This document shows, piece after piece, positions 48,830-61,846 of a stretch of 64,000 nucleotides of DNA (position 1 is the stretch's first letter; each line of letters begins with the position of its first letter). The stretch comes from Octopus vulgaris (lineage: Eukaryota), in NCBI GenBank assembly GCA_951406725.2, contig OX597841.1, positions 18,414,001-18,478,000 of the forward strand, written 5' to 3'. Below the pieces are notes generated by a model. It searched no databases. It worked only from the letters and a program-made list of their open reading frames with translations, and was not told the origin of the DNA. Position numbers and translations under genes: made by a program.

Positions 48830-49870
48830 ATAACAAGATTCACTTGAATAAGGTACTTAAAGGTGAGGCACCTAGTTAGGTTGCATGTACAACAATTATA
48901 GGTGAATACCAACCTTGGTACAGAAGTACTGGCAGAATGATATTTGATTAACTTAATTGGACCCAACCAAGTAAATAATCCACTCTTGAGCTATTCAGAC
49001 ATGTACATTTTAATTAAATATGCAGTCAATAACAAAATTCGGAATATGCAAGGTGCAGGCTCCAGAAGAGGTTAATTAAAAATAAATAAGTTACAATAGA
49101 TGAGCAGGTGTCAGTTCATTACAGCCGTTTCTAACAAATTTTTTAATTGATCAATGAGTACATTATACCATAATAAAGAACTGTTTTCTTCAGATGAATA
49201 TATGAATTTTACAATCGAAGACATTTAAAGAAACTTTTTAATCCATGGCTCATACATACTTGGTAATTCCATGACTGGATCGTGCAGCAGAAATTTCAAA
49301 AAATTTCTTAAAAATCCCTTCATTGTAAAATTCATGTACTCATCATCATCATCATCATTTAACGTCCGTTTTCCATGCTGGCATGGGTTGGACGGTTCAA
49401 CTGGGGTCTGGGAAGCCAGAAGGCTACACCAGGCCCAGTCTGATCTGGCAGTGTTTCTACAGTTGGATACCCTTCCTAACGCCAACCACTCCGTGAGTGT
49501 AGTGGGTGCTTTTTACGTGCCACCCGCACAGGTGCCAGACGGGGCTGGCAAACGGCCACGGTCGGATGGTGCTTTTTACGTGTCATCTAAGGAAAACAGT
49601 TTTTCATTTCACAACCAATATTGGTGTGTTTATGTCCCTGTAACTTAGCGGTTTGGCAAAAGAGAGTATTAGAATAAGTGCCAGGCTTACAAAGAATAAG
49701 TCCAGGGGTCGATTTGCTTGACTAAAGGCGGTGCTCTAGCATGGCCAGTCAAATCCCTGAAACAAATAAAAGAAAGAATAAAAGAATATAATGTACTAAT
49801 TGATCAATTAAAAAATTCATTAGAAACGGCTGTAATGAACTGGCACTTGTCAATCAATTGTTATTTAGTT
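48830..49870. mobile_element. Fold-back hammerhead element (H1-like group) whose right arm is split by two SINE insertions
   Basis: Left arm ~49085-49240 is mirrored by pieces 49300-49345, 49583-49605 and 49787-49868. Confidence 0.6.
49115..49198 (-). ncRNA. Hammerhead-like fold with long stem II
   Basis: Minus: TTCAT-CTGAAGA-AAACAG...TTGTTA-GAAAC-GGCT-GTA-ATGAA; perfect 5-bp stem I, GUA triplet. Confidence 0.65.
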
Positions 49871-50097
49871 CATATGCATATATATGTATGTATATACACA
49901 CAAACATGCACACACAAACACAAACCTATATATATATATATATATATATATATAGATAGAGAGAGAGAGAGAGAGGTAGAGAGAGATGTAAAGATAAGAT
50001 CTAAGGATCAAGGTGTAGGAAGAAAGTGAGCTTCAAGCAGTCCAGAGAATATATAAACAACTTTCAGGAACAATAACAGTTTATTGATGAAGAAGGT

Positions 50098-50488
50098 TAC
50101 TCTCTTTTACTCTTTTACTTGTTTCAGTCATTTGACAGTGGCCATGCTGGAGCACCGTCTTTAGTCGAGCAAATCGACCCCAGGACTTATTCTTTCTAAG
50201 CTCAGTACTTATTCTATCGGTCTCTTTTGCCGAACCGCTAAGTGACGGGGACCTAAACACACCAGCATCGGTTGTCAAGCAATGCTAGGGGGACAAACAC
50301 AGACACACACACATATATATATATATATGACAGGCTTCTTTCAGTTTCTGTCTACCAAATCCACTCACAAGGCATTGGTCAGCCCGGGGCTATAGCAGAA
50401 GACACTTGCCCAAGGTGCCACGCAGTGGGACTGAACCCGGAACCATGTGGTTGGTTAGCAAGCTACTTACCACACAGCCACTCCTGCG
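50098..50488 (-). mobile_element. SINE family A, full length
   Basis: Family match. Confidence 0.9.
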
Positions 50489-50664
50489 TACGATAAACTG
50501 CAAAAACTTGATTTTATCACTCTCAGTTAGCAACAGGGGTTGTTGTATATGTAAATAAACATTAAAAAATTAGGGAACGGAGGAGATAAAATGTAGCCTA
50601 CATATGTTTCTAGCTATGAAATATATGTAGCCTCATGGAATTTATCTACTCCATTCCCTAATTT

Positions 50665-50746
<82 letters not shown>

Positions 50747-50748
<2 letters not shown>

Positions 50749-50987
50749 AGGCGTGTGGCTTATTGGTTAGGGTGTCAGCATCATGATTGTAGTTTAGATT
50801 CCTGGACCAGGCGATGCGTTGTGTTCTTGAGCAAAACACTTCATTTCACGTTGCTCCAATCCACTCAGCTGGCAAAAATGAGTAATGCTGCGATGGACTG
50901 GCGTCCCGTCCAGCTGGGGAACACATACGCCATAGAAACTGGGCCCATGAGCCTGGCTAGGCTTTAAAAGGGCGCATTTATTTATTA
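50747..50987 (+). mobile_element. tRNA-derived SINE family D (V-domain-like)
   Basis: A-box TGGCTTATTGG, CTTGAGCAAAACACTT, CTGCGATGGACTGGCGTCCCGTCCAG, (ATTT)n tail; related minus copies at ~32130-32350 and ~38455-38608. Confidence 0.7.
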
Positions 50988-51111
50988 TATATATATATTT
51001 AAGTAGGTGAATGAATTATCCTAGTATTGATAATTTGGTTAATCGATAGCTGGGTAGCAAATTCACGTCAGTAAAACACGGTTGAAGCTACATGCCAAGG
51101 GCAGAACTCTG

Positions 51112-51156
<45 letters not shown>

Positions 51157-51419
51157 ATATATATATATTAACGTATGCATATATATATATACACATGCAC
51201 ACATGTCTCTGTTCCACTCACTGGATTTCGTTAAGAGTACATGTCACTGTGAAAAATGTAGTTAGCAACTGGCACTACATGATTCCAAGAGTAGGTAGTT
51301 CTGTTGATCAAATAACAAGCCTACATATATGTGCATGCATGAGTGTGTGTGTGTGGGGGGGGGGCAGAATATATCGGTAAATACAGATACAAAGTCATGC
51401 ACATGTATACAAACACATG

Positions 51420-51488
<69 letters not shown>

Positions 51489-51545
51489 GTTTGTTGTTTA
51501 CACATCTGTCTTCGTCTTTTGTTTCTTGTAAATTCCAACTATACA

Positions 51546-51745
51546 TCAGCAGAATTTTAGGGGGGCAGGGATACATGCTCTCATTCGAAGGTGGAACATT
51601 GCTATTGAGAGAAACGGTGACTATGTTGAGAAGTGGGGATGAGATCCACAGAGGACCAGCTTCATTTTGATGTATGATACATGTTCCTGTGTTGGTAATT
51701 ATACCTGTCCTAAACAAAATGGCATTACTTTTTGACTCACCCTCG
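51546..51745 (+). mobile_element. mariner 3' fragment with TIR
   Basis: GIHALIRRWNIAIERNGDYVEK C-terminus; TIR TTACTTTTTGACTCACCCTCG|TA. Confidence 0.8.
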
Positions 51746-51914
51746 TATATACATATATGTATTCAAATATACATATATACATATATATACACGCAAGCAT
51801 ATAGATAAATAGATAAGATATTGATATAGAGATGATTACCGTCTCAATTAATCTACATCATCTTGATAACTTTCTTACATTTGTGTGCTCTGAGATAACT
51901 CGTAAGACCAGTAG

Positions 51915-52290
51915 CTGACCTTGAAGCCTCACCCTCAGAGCGAGAGGCAGATTGTGTGATGATGTCTGTGTGAAAACAGCTATGCTACATGGCAGTGAGA
52001 CATGGGCCATGACTACAGAGGACATAGAGAGGCTTAAAAGAAATGAAACCAGCATGCTCTGCTGGATGGGTAGTGTTAGCGTGCTTATAAAATAATGTAT
52101 AAATGGTTTGAGAGAGAAACTGGGTTCAAGAGACATCAGATGTTGTGAGCAAGAGAGAAGACTGTTGGTATGGTAACGTAATGCATATGGATGAGGCCAG
52201 CTGCATAAGGAAGAGCTGATCACTAAGTTACCTGTGGAAGAGGGAGAACCAGGTAAACATGGGGTGAAGGGGCAAAATAGTATCTTCAGA
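51915..52290 (+). pseudogene. RTE LINE RT C-terminal fragment
   Basis: CVKTAMLHGSETWAM..ERLKRNETSMLCWM..LREKLG. Confidence 0.75.
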
Positions 52291-52549
52291 GGTTGAGCTC
52301 CACTGAAACGAAAGACAATTTGCTGTGCTTGAGGAGACCTGTTCATCTAAGTAAAAAGGAAGTCCTAAAGACGGGCCATTAGCATCTATGGCCCTGCAGA
52401 CAATTTCCCCAACAACCCATTTTCCTTATGTCTCCATCCCCTCAACACATCTTCACCACTCACTCCCACTCCCCCTTTTCACTATCACAAACTTCCTGCC
52501 CACTCACCCTCTCCAATCCTCCCTACCATCTGACTGGACCTCACTCATA

Positions 52550-53006
<457 letters not shown>

Positions 53007-53959
53007 TATATATTAATGTCATAATCATCTTTCTTCCTATTTTTTCTCCCCATTCTCTCTTTTCCATCTGGAGCAGCCATTTATCTTCTCCAAAGGAAGT
53101 CACTTGTTCCTGTCCCTCTATTATACTTTAACCTCTCTTCAACAGGTACAAAACCACCTCCCTCATTACTATTTCCCACCCCACCTCAGTTACTCGGTCA
53201 TCTCATTAATACTGATTCCAAGTAAGCTCTACCCAGCACACCCTGTAAAGTGCTTGGCTTTCAGAAGGGAACCCAGCCATAGAAACCATATCAAAGCAGA
53301 CATTAGAGCTTGGTGCAGTCCTCAGGCTTGCCAGCTCCTGTTAAACCATTCAACCTATGAATATTTCGCAGAATCAATGGTAAGCCTATTGGGTTATTCC
53401 TGAAAACTTTATCCAAAAAGCCTGAAACCGTAGCTTGTGTTGTGTCTGAATCAAAAGATAGTCACTCATCTGCTACTCATTGGAAAGTGAAGGAAATTGG
53501 AATATGAGGATTCAGCTAATTACATGGAAGTGTTACGGATCGGCTAAGTAACGGAATGACAAGCAGAATTATTATAAGGGGAATAGTTCTGTCACACTTC
53601 CGATTTCTTGGCAAGCTTCACAAAGGAACTCCATGTATCAAACATCTCGTTATGTTTTGCTGTTGTATGTTGTGCCTAACATGTGTCCATTTATATTTCT
53701 AAGACATGACCACTTTCAATGATATAACTTTGTCAGACACCGAAGATCATTTAAACAAACTCTTGCTGCTGCTCAACCTATTGTGTTAATGATGCATTCT
53801 CATGAGGTTACACATGTACACAAGGATTTAAAACCAGCTCCTAGATTTTGCTGCTTTTCTCCATTTGAGGAAATGTTTATTAGAAAAGAGACTGAACACA
53901 ATTGTCCACTCACCGAATGAGAGGATAGTTGCAGAGACAAATTCAGGTTTTGCAGTATC

Positions 53960-54725
53960 AATAAAAATGATTCTTAATGAATGAAAAGCGAGGGAAGCAG
54001 AACATGGTCTGGATGATCTTCATCTGGTTTTACAGATTTATGAAGAGGCACGGATTGGCAACGAGAATGGAAACAAGAACAGCACAAAAAATGCCTGAAG
54101 ACTATGATAACAAAATAATCAAATTTCACAGGTTCATAATCAGTGCAAGAAAAGAGGCTGACCACGAATTGGGTCGGAAACATGGATGAGGTGTCACTAA
54201 CGTTTGATGTGGTATCAAATAGAACATTAGATGTTAAAGGGTCCAAAACCATCAGTTCATCTGGACATAAGAAAACCCATTCTCCTGTGGAACTATTGTG
54301 TTGTACTGTTGGAACAAAACTGCCACCACTGTTCACCAAAGACAAAATGCCGTGAGGAATTTTTGTTCACATCCATCCAAAGCGGTTGAAGGATGAAGAG
54401 GGAGTGAAGTTATGGCTAGATAAGGTCTGGTCAAGGCATTCTGGTGGCGTCCTTAAAAAACCATCTCTTCTTGTGTGGGGCCAGTTTCATGCCCACAAAA
54501 CAAAGGCTATTAAAGAAAGGGTGCACAAATTGAAAACGAAAATGGCAATGATCCCTGGTGGTTTAACAACAAGTGGATGTATCAATCAGCAATCCTTTTC
54601 AGGCATTAATTGAAAGAATCAGTGGATGAGAGCCACAAACCATGACCTAACACCATCAGCTTGTTTGAAAGGCCAACTCTTGTATGTGAGTGGGTCCGGA
54701 AATCATGGAGCGCTGTGAAAATTGA
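53960..54725 (+). pseudogene. pogo-family transposase fragment (CENP-B HTH end plus DDE_1)
   Basis: RFMKRHGL..RTAQKMP, GNMDEV.LTFD, GTKLPPL, LWLDKVW, LLVW.QF.AH, IPGGLT. Confidence 0.85.
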
Positions 54726-54969
54726 AGGATTACTCTTTTACTCTTTTACACATTTCAGTCATTTGACTGTGGTCATGCTGGAGCACCTCTTTTAGTCAAA
54801 GAAATCAACCCCAGGAGTTATTCTTTGTAAACCTAGTACTTATCCTATTGGTCCCTTTTACTAAACTGGTAAGTTTTGGGGATATAAACACACCAACATC
54901 GGTTGTCAATTGATGATGGGGGTCAAACAGAGACACAAAGATACACATATAAATATACATATATATTTA

Positions 54970-55300
54970 CAGGGGTTGGACGAAATAATGGAAACACCTA
55001 GCATCATAATATTGAAATATCTATAAAACTGTCAAAAGCTTGTTTATTTTTATATGTTTTGATTTATTATTAGTGTTGCTTAATATGTTTTGCTAAAATT
55101 GCTCTTTCTTTTCAGATATCATCAGAAAAAGCTAATTAAAATTCATTAAAATGACAGATCTATCAGACTTTCAAAGAAGTCAAATTGTTGGTGCTTGTAT
55201 GGCAGGCACTAGCGTAACGAAAACTGCCGAAATGTTTGGTGTATCAAGAAGTACTGTCTCGAAAGTAATGACAGCCTTTGAGAAAGAGGGAAAAAACTTT
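54970..55300 (+). mobile_element. Tc1-type transposon 5' end
   Basis: TA|CAGGGGTTGGAC.AAATAATGGAAACACC TIR; MTDLSDFQRSQIVG..VTKTAEMFGVSRSTVSKV HTH. Confidence 0.85.
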
Positions 55301-55311
55301 CTGTGTGTGTG

Positions 55312-55525
55312 TAGTTCAAATTTATAGAAAAAGAAAAGAGAAAGACAGGTGTAGGAACAACAAGCAGGTGTATCAGTTTAATGCTCGGGAAAAATGGTAA
55401 AGTCTTTTACATTTTGAGCCTACTCTCTTCGACAGAGAAGAATAAGAGGGAAAAAAATGGAGAGAGAATGAAAAAACTGGAGAAAAACTGTGTGGTGTTC
55501 AGCGATTCAACATGACGATCTAGTT
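55312..55525 (-). mobile_element. Degenerate hammerhead monomer H3
   Basis: AGTCTTTTACATTTTGAGCCTACTCTCTTCGACAG matches the H3 core region (55404-55440). Confidence 0.5.
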
Positions 55526-55537
55526 GAATATATATAT

Positions 55538-55930
55538 CATCATCATCATCATTGTTTAACGTCTGTTTTCCATGCTAGCATGGGTTGGACGGTTTGACCG
55601 GGGTCTGGGAAGCCAGGAGGCTGCACCAGGCTCCAGTCTGATCTGGCAGTGTTTCTACAGCTGGATGCCCTTCCTAATGCCAACCACTCCGTGAGTGTAG
55701 TGGGAGCTTTTTATGTGCCACCGGCACAGGGGCCAGATGATGCTGGCAAACGGTCATGATCGGTTGGTGCTTTTACGTGTCACCGACACGGACACCAGTC
55801 GGGTGGTGCTGGCAACGGCCACGTTCCGATGATGCTTTTAACATGTCACCGGCACGGGTATCTCAACTACAATTTCCATTTGATTTTCATTTTGATGTTG
55901 GTGTTAACGTACTTGACTCAGTAGGTCTCC
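55538..55930 (-). mobile_element. SINE/retroposon family B
   Basis: Family match, (CAT)n on plus. Confidence 0.8.
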
Positions 55931-56427
55931 ATGATAAGTAGCCTCCTTCCCAGCCACATGGTTCAGGGTTCAGCCCCATTGCATGGCACCTTGAGTAAAT
56001 GTCTTCTACTATAGCCTCGGCTAACAAAAGCCTTGTGAGTAGTTTTCGTAGACAGAAACTGAAAGAAGTCCATCATGTATATATGTATGGTGTGTGTTTT
56101 TGTCCCCCACCCCTAACCGCTCGACAACCGGTGCTGGTGTGTTTACGTCCCAGTAATTTAGCACCTCGGCATAAGTGACCGATAGAGTTAGTACCAGGCT
56201 TAAAAAAATTGGGGTGATTCATTCGACTAAAATAATCACCAAGTCGGTGCTCCAGCATGGCTGCAGTCTAATGTCTGAATCAAGTAAAACACAAAAGATG
56301 TATGCGTGTGTGTGCGCGCGCGTTTACGTGCGTGTCTGAGTGTGTGTGTGTCTGTGTGTGTGTGTCTGAGTGTGTGTGTGTGTGTCTGAGTGTGTGTGTG
56401 TGTGTGTCTGAGTGTGTGTGTGTGTCT

Positions 56428-56503
<76 letters not shown>

Positions 56504-56839
56504 TCAATGACGGTTATATATATATCACTACTTTTACTCAAACAATAACTATATCCGGTTTGGGATTACAAACCAACCAGGAGTTACCATAACGTGACTG
56601 CGATATCCGTTGTTTGCTTGAAAATCGAATTATGTCAAGAGTAACGCAGAATTATATAAAATTACGGCTATCTTAGGATTTTAGTGTTCTGCTTTTGCTA
56701 ACCGGTCGCTTACTTTCATTACGTCCGGCAACTGGTAAGCGGGAAATAACTTACACACACGCACACGTACATATATACGAACGTGTACACACTACACACA
56801 CACACATTCATACACATTGAAAAAAAATTATGTATAATA

Positions 56840-57682
56840 GGCGCAGGAGTAGCTATGTGGTAAGTAGCTTGCTTACCAACCACACGGTTCCGGGTTCAGT
56901 CCCACTGCGTGACACTTACTATAGCTTCGGGCCGACCAAAGTCTTGTGAGTGGATTTGGTAGACGGAAACTGAAAGAAGCCCGCCGTATATATATATATA
57001 TATATATATATATAGGTTATAAAATGAGATAGGGGTTGAAAATTCAACCCACCATGGGATAATATATATCCAATATACTGCTAGATAGGTACCCAACAAA
57101 ATTAATACATAGATGTTAGAAATTGTCAAGCAATCAGTTCATCTATTGTATTAAATGGGTAAAGGTAATAATATTACCGTAAATTAATACTACAAAATTA
57201 GAGAATGGAGAAACATACTTAAATCAGTAAAACATCAACTATCCGATGATACTCAATCCATACTTTAATACACCATTACATATGAGTAAAGGCAATATAT
57301 AAAATGAAATGAGATATACAGTAATAGTAAAAGTAAAAAGATAAAGAGATATAAGTAAAAAATTTCAAATATAATATGCAATTGCATATTATATTTGAAA
57401 TTTTTACTTATATCTCTTTATCTTTTTACTTTTACTATTACTGTATATCTCATTTCATTTATATATTGCCTTTACTCATATGTAATGGTGTATTAAAGTA
57501 TGGATTGAGTATCATCGGATAGTTGATGTTTTACTGATTTAAGTATGTTTCTCCATTCTCTAATTTTGTTATATATATGTATATATATGTGTGTGTGTAT
57601 TTGTGTGTCTGTGTTTGTTCCTCCCCCAACACCGCTTGACAACCGATGCTGGTATGTTTACGTCCCCGTTACTTAGCAGTTC
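56840..57682 (+). mobile_element. SINE family A with a palindromic element inserted in its central (TA)n
   Basis: Head at 56840-56990; tail half resumes at ~57590. Confidence 0.75.
57192..57569. repeat. Spacerless palindrome, about 190-bp arms
   Basis: Centre TATGCA-AT-TGCATA at 57381/57382; arms differ only by homopolymer-length indels. Confidence 0.95.
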
Positions 57683-57720
<38 letters not shown>

Positions 57721-59135
57721 ATGTGTGTGTGTATTTGTGTGTCTGTGTTTGTCCCTAAACCTAAAACAGATTGAAATGCAATAGATCGATACTAGGGTCA
57801 TAATTATGGGTGACAATTTCATATGACACTGCTAGAAAAAACTGCCATTCAAGATCCGTGTCTCCTACTATAGCCTTGAGCCGGGAAACTGAAAGAAGCC
57901 TGTTGTATGTATGTGTATATGTGTATGTCTGTGTGTGTATGTGAGTGTATCTTTGTGTCTGTCCCCCCACCCCACCACTTAGCAACGGGTGTTGGTGTGT
58001 TTACGTCCCTGCAACTTAGCAGTAAGGCAAAATAAATAGATAGAATAAGTACTAGGTTTAAAAAAAAAGGGGGTATGATCTCGATTCGTTTGACAAAAGC
58101 TCTTCAGAGCGGTGCTCCAGGATGGCTGCAGCCAAGTGACTGGGACAAATGGGTGATAAAAGATAAACACACAGCTATTTTTAAATATAGATTTACAAGC
58201 ACACACACACACACACGCGCGCACACACACACACGCACACACATGTACGCGCGCGCTTACACACACATCTGTTCCTTTATTAAACCTCCTCATTAGGTTT
58301 GTGTTTAGAGAGAACAGAAAAAAATCTATTACCGAGAAAATACCAAAGATATCATTCGTGGTTTTGATCTTGCGAATTGTTTTCTCATTCACCTGAAACA
58401 TATCTTGTTATTGAAGACGGTCGAAAACGTGTGCCTTCTTACCCCTACTCACCTATCTACCTATTTGCCTCTCTATCTACCTACCAACTTAATTACTTGC
58501 CTGCCTACTTGCCTCTTTATCTGTTAGCCTGTTTATCCATCTTGTTATGTGTCTGTTTATTTCCAACTATTTTTTTAAACACCTTTTACATTAAATGTTA
58601 CCACTAACTAAGCTCGGGATATATGATTTCACAGAAATGCATCACACACACGCACGCACGCACGCACATACATACATACATACATACATGCACACATACA
58701 TACATACATACACACATACATACATACATACATACATACATACATACATACATACATACATACATACATACATACATACATACATACATACATCTGATCA
58801 GTGACAGTTATGCGCCAGTACCTTAATTCAAACATTAACCAGATCCAGTTTTGAAACCAAGCAGAAGCCACCATGTATGGCTGCAACGGCTTTTAGGAAT
58901 ATTAATATGCAAGCATTCTGTATAGAATTATGCAGAATTGTATAAAATTACTGTTATATAGATACACATGCCGACGTGGCTGTGTCGGTAAGAAGCTAAC
59001 TTCACAATCACATGGTTCCGGGTTCAGTCTCACTGCGTGGCACCTTGGGCAAGCGTCAACTATAGCCTTGGGCTGATCAAAACCTTGTAAGTGGATCTGA
59101 GAGACGGAAACTGAAAGAAGCCCGTCGTATATATA

Positions 59136-59951
59136 CAGGTTGTCGTCGACTTACCACCTATGCGATTACGCCCGATCGACTTTACGATGATTGGCGTCAG
59201 CTAACAAATGCTTACCTTAGGTTTGGTTATCGATCGCCACTGGTTTCCTGTCCCAAGTGTTGCTTGAATATCCTGTCGCAAAGACATCGAGGCAATCTCA
59301 TTTGTTTATAAGATGACTGCTTGAGACTCCGAAATTTTTTACTAACGCCAGGCTCGATAGAGTGCATCTCTTCTAATGACACTGTGTGTCTTGCCTTTGA
59401 TATTTTTTCAGGAAATATCCCCTAAAATGTCTACAAAGAGGAAATTGTCTTCATCTGCTCCTCAAACTGCCAAGAAGCAAAGAACGGCCATCGACCTCGA
59501 CACAAAAATGATGGTGACAAGACAGCACGAAGGAGGAAAGTGAATGAAATCGAATGTGAACTGAAGTTATCGCACTCCATTGTTTCGACAATTTTGAAGG
59601 ATAAAGAAAGGATTCGTGAAGCTGTGAAAGGTTCAGCACCCATGCGATCTACAGTTATGACAAAGCAGCGGACTGGGGCCGTCCACAAAATGGAAAAATT
59701 GCTACGAATTTGGATCGACGATCAGATCCAACAACGGACACCGTTAAGTCGTTTTACTGTGCAGTCGAAGGCTGTTGTAGTATTGTTGTAGTGTAATACA
59801 GAATGCTGTGTGTGACTTCTACCTGCGAATGTCCCTTAGGAATGTAAAAATATAAAACAAAGCTATGTAGGCCTATAGACCGGCTTACGACCAAGTCGAC
59901 TTACGACCAGTCAGTCGGAACCAATTGTAGTCGTAAGTCCAAGACGACCTG
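59136..59951 (+). mobile_element. Internally deleted Tigger (pogo) element
   Basis: TA|CAGGTTGTCGTCGACTTAC...GTAAGTCCAAGACGACCTG|TA; KKQRTAIDLDTK..LSHSIVSTILKDKERIREAVK..MEKLLRIWIDDQ (TIGD1-like N-terminus). Confidence 0.88.
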
Positions 59952-59962
59952 TATATATATGA

Positions 59963-60703
59963 GGCGACTCCAGGCCGTCAACGTCACTCGGGCTCATCAT
60001 AGATTTTGCATAAGATACACGCCTGCTCGATGAATTTCACGTTTTTCCGCAATATTTCTAGCCCCAAATGGCTTATCTTTTTTGTATATCTAGCACTATG
60101 TTTTACTCCATTTCTAAGTTAAGGATAAAAAAAAAGCAACCCTGCAAAACACAACTGATCTTTACACACAGAAGCACAGAATAACAGCAATGAAATAACG
60201 ACTGCAAAGTGCACAACAAACACCAGCGATCTGACTGTCGCCTGTGCTCTTGACAAGAGATACCAGTTAGTCTTTTACACCTACCAGGCTCGTTCGTATT
60301 AGCCTGAGTTGCTGGATAATTTTCGTTCCTTTAAGAAACTTTTCATAAATTGGAATTTAAACCCTAATCACTATAGAAAAAAATTGTTTCAAGAAAACAT
60401 TGAATTTGAATTACTTTTAATTTTTACGATTATGTAACTTCTGAGCCCGAGTCAGGCGCGTGTGAACGAAGTTGAGAGAACGTCTACTACGAATGATATT
60501 TTTTGACACTGAGCACCTCTTAGACAATTGCCACAGGCTGAACGAAAATAAATGAACTGCGACCAGACTCAATAAAAGGAGCCCAAGTTATTGTCTGCAA
60601 TTACATACTTGAAGTCAGTGTTGGCAGAAATTAAATCAGCTTGCAAATACACGTTCACTTTATTAAATTTATACTCGGGCTAAGCCCGAGTGACAGAGTC
60701 GCC
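59963..60703. mobile_element. Non-autonomous DNA transposon/MITE with imperfect TIRs, superfamily unassigned
   Basis: GGCGACTC..GTCACTCGGGCT mirrored by AGCCCGAGTGAC.GAGTCGCC. Confidence 0.55.
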
Positions 60704-60829
60704 ATTGATGTGTGTGTGTGTGTGTGTGTGCGTGTGTGTGTGTGTGTGTGTGTCTCACGACCGCTTGACAATCACTGAAACAAGTAAAAGAGATAAATAA
60801 AAAAAACAAAAGATACACATTTAACGGCC

Positions 60830-61520
60830 GCTATTTCATTCTCGAGTGTAGCCATCGTTTGAAGCTTTTCGGAATGGTTCTCATGTGTGAGTAGCAGGAG
60901 TGTGACTTGGCTCAGATGTTGTCCCAGACAGGAGTCCCTTGTTAGTCATCTCACACTTTAACGTTTCGTTTCAAGCCCACAGCTGATTGGAAAACCTTGC
61001 AACATCCATGGCAAGTTGTTTTGCTGTGTATGGCGCAGTCCAAGTGAATTCTCCGTCAGTGATGGCACTTGGCTAAAATTACTAGGGGTGTTGCTTCAGA
61101 AAAAAAGAAGCCATGTACAACGAGTCTCTGAACACGGCTTCTTTTGTGAAAATTTCAGTTCCGTTCTGCTGAAGCAAGCTCTTCCACATTCATCGGATCT
61201 CAGTTCACCCTGGTTACCCAAATCTCCTGGAAAGATCACGTTTCCACCCTTTCCAGCATCCCTCTTCAACTGTTCATGATTTCTTCGAGTCCTCCATCTT
61301 GCCCGATAATTATTGTTTCTTCCCAGTCCTTTTCCAAAATATTACCTTTCTTCAACGATGTCTTTATGTCATTTTTAAAACTCAGCTTAGGTTTAAGAGT
61401 GTCACTGAGTGAGTGTACAAAGTATTTTCCTACATTATTTTACTTCATATAATTGTTGTTCAACCAAATGTGGCTAAATTTGACAGACGTTTCATCAAAG
61501 GCAGTGATTCAGCTGGGAAC
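60830..61520 (-). mobile_element. Decayed RTE-type LINE 3' end
   Basis: Minus: KPKLSFKNDIKTSLKKGNILEKDWEE...ECGRACFSR, resembling RTE C-termini. Confidence 0.5.
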
Positions 61521-61537
61521 AATTATTATCATTATCA

Positions 61538-61581
<44 letters not shown>

Positions 61582-61846
61582 GTTGTTGTTGTTGTTGTTG
61601 TTATTATTATTATTGTTATAGGTGGTGTTATTATTATTATTATTATTATTATAGGTGGTGTTGTTGTTGTTATTATTGTTGTTATTATTATTATTATTGT
61701 TGTTGTTGTTGTTATTATTATTATTATTATTATTATTGTTGTTGTTGTTATTGTTGTTGTTGTTGTTGTTATTGTTATTATTATTGTTATTGTTGTTGTT
61801 ATTGTTGTTGTTGTTGTTATTATTATTGTTATTATTATTATTATTC
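61521..61846. repeat. (TAT/TGT)n trinucleotide tract, i.e. the (AAT/AAC)n tail or target of the adjacent LINE
   Basis: Directly abuts the LINE 3' UTR. Confidence 0.9.

Noticed and set aside
53540-53940. Short TGTTA..TAACA segment and possible integrase-tail peptide
   Set aside because: No second copy, TSD or convincing motif.
58333-58392. 60-nt minus-strand exon candidate (VNEKTIRKIKTTNDIFGIFS)
   Set aside because: Weak donor and acceptor, and no recognisable homology.
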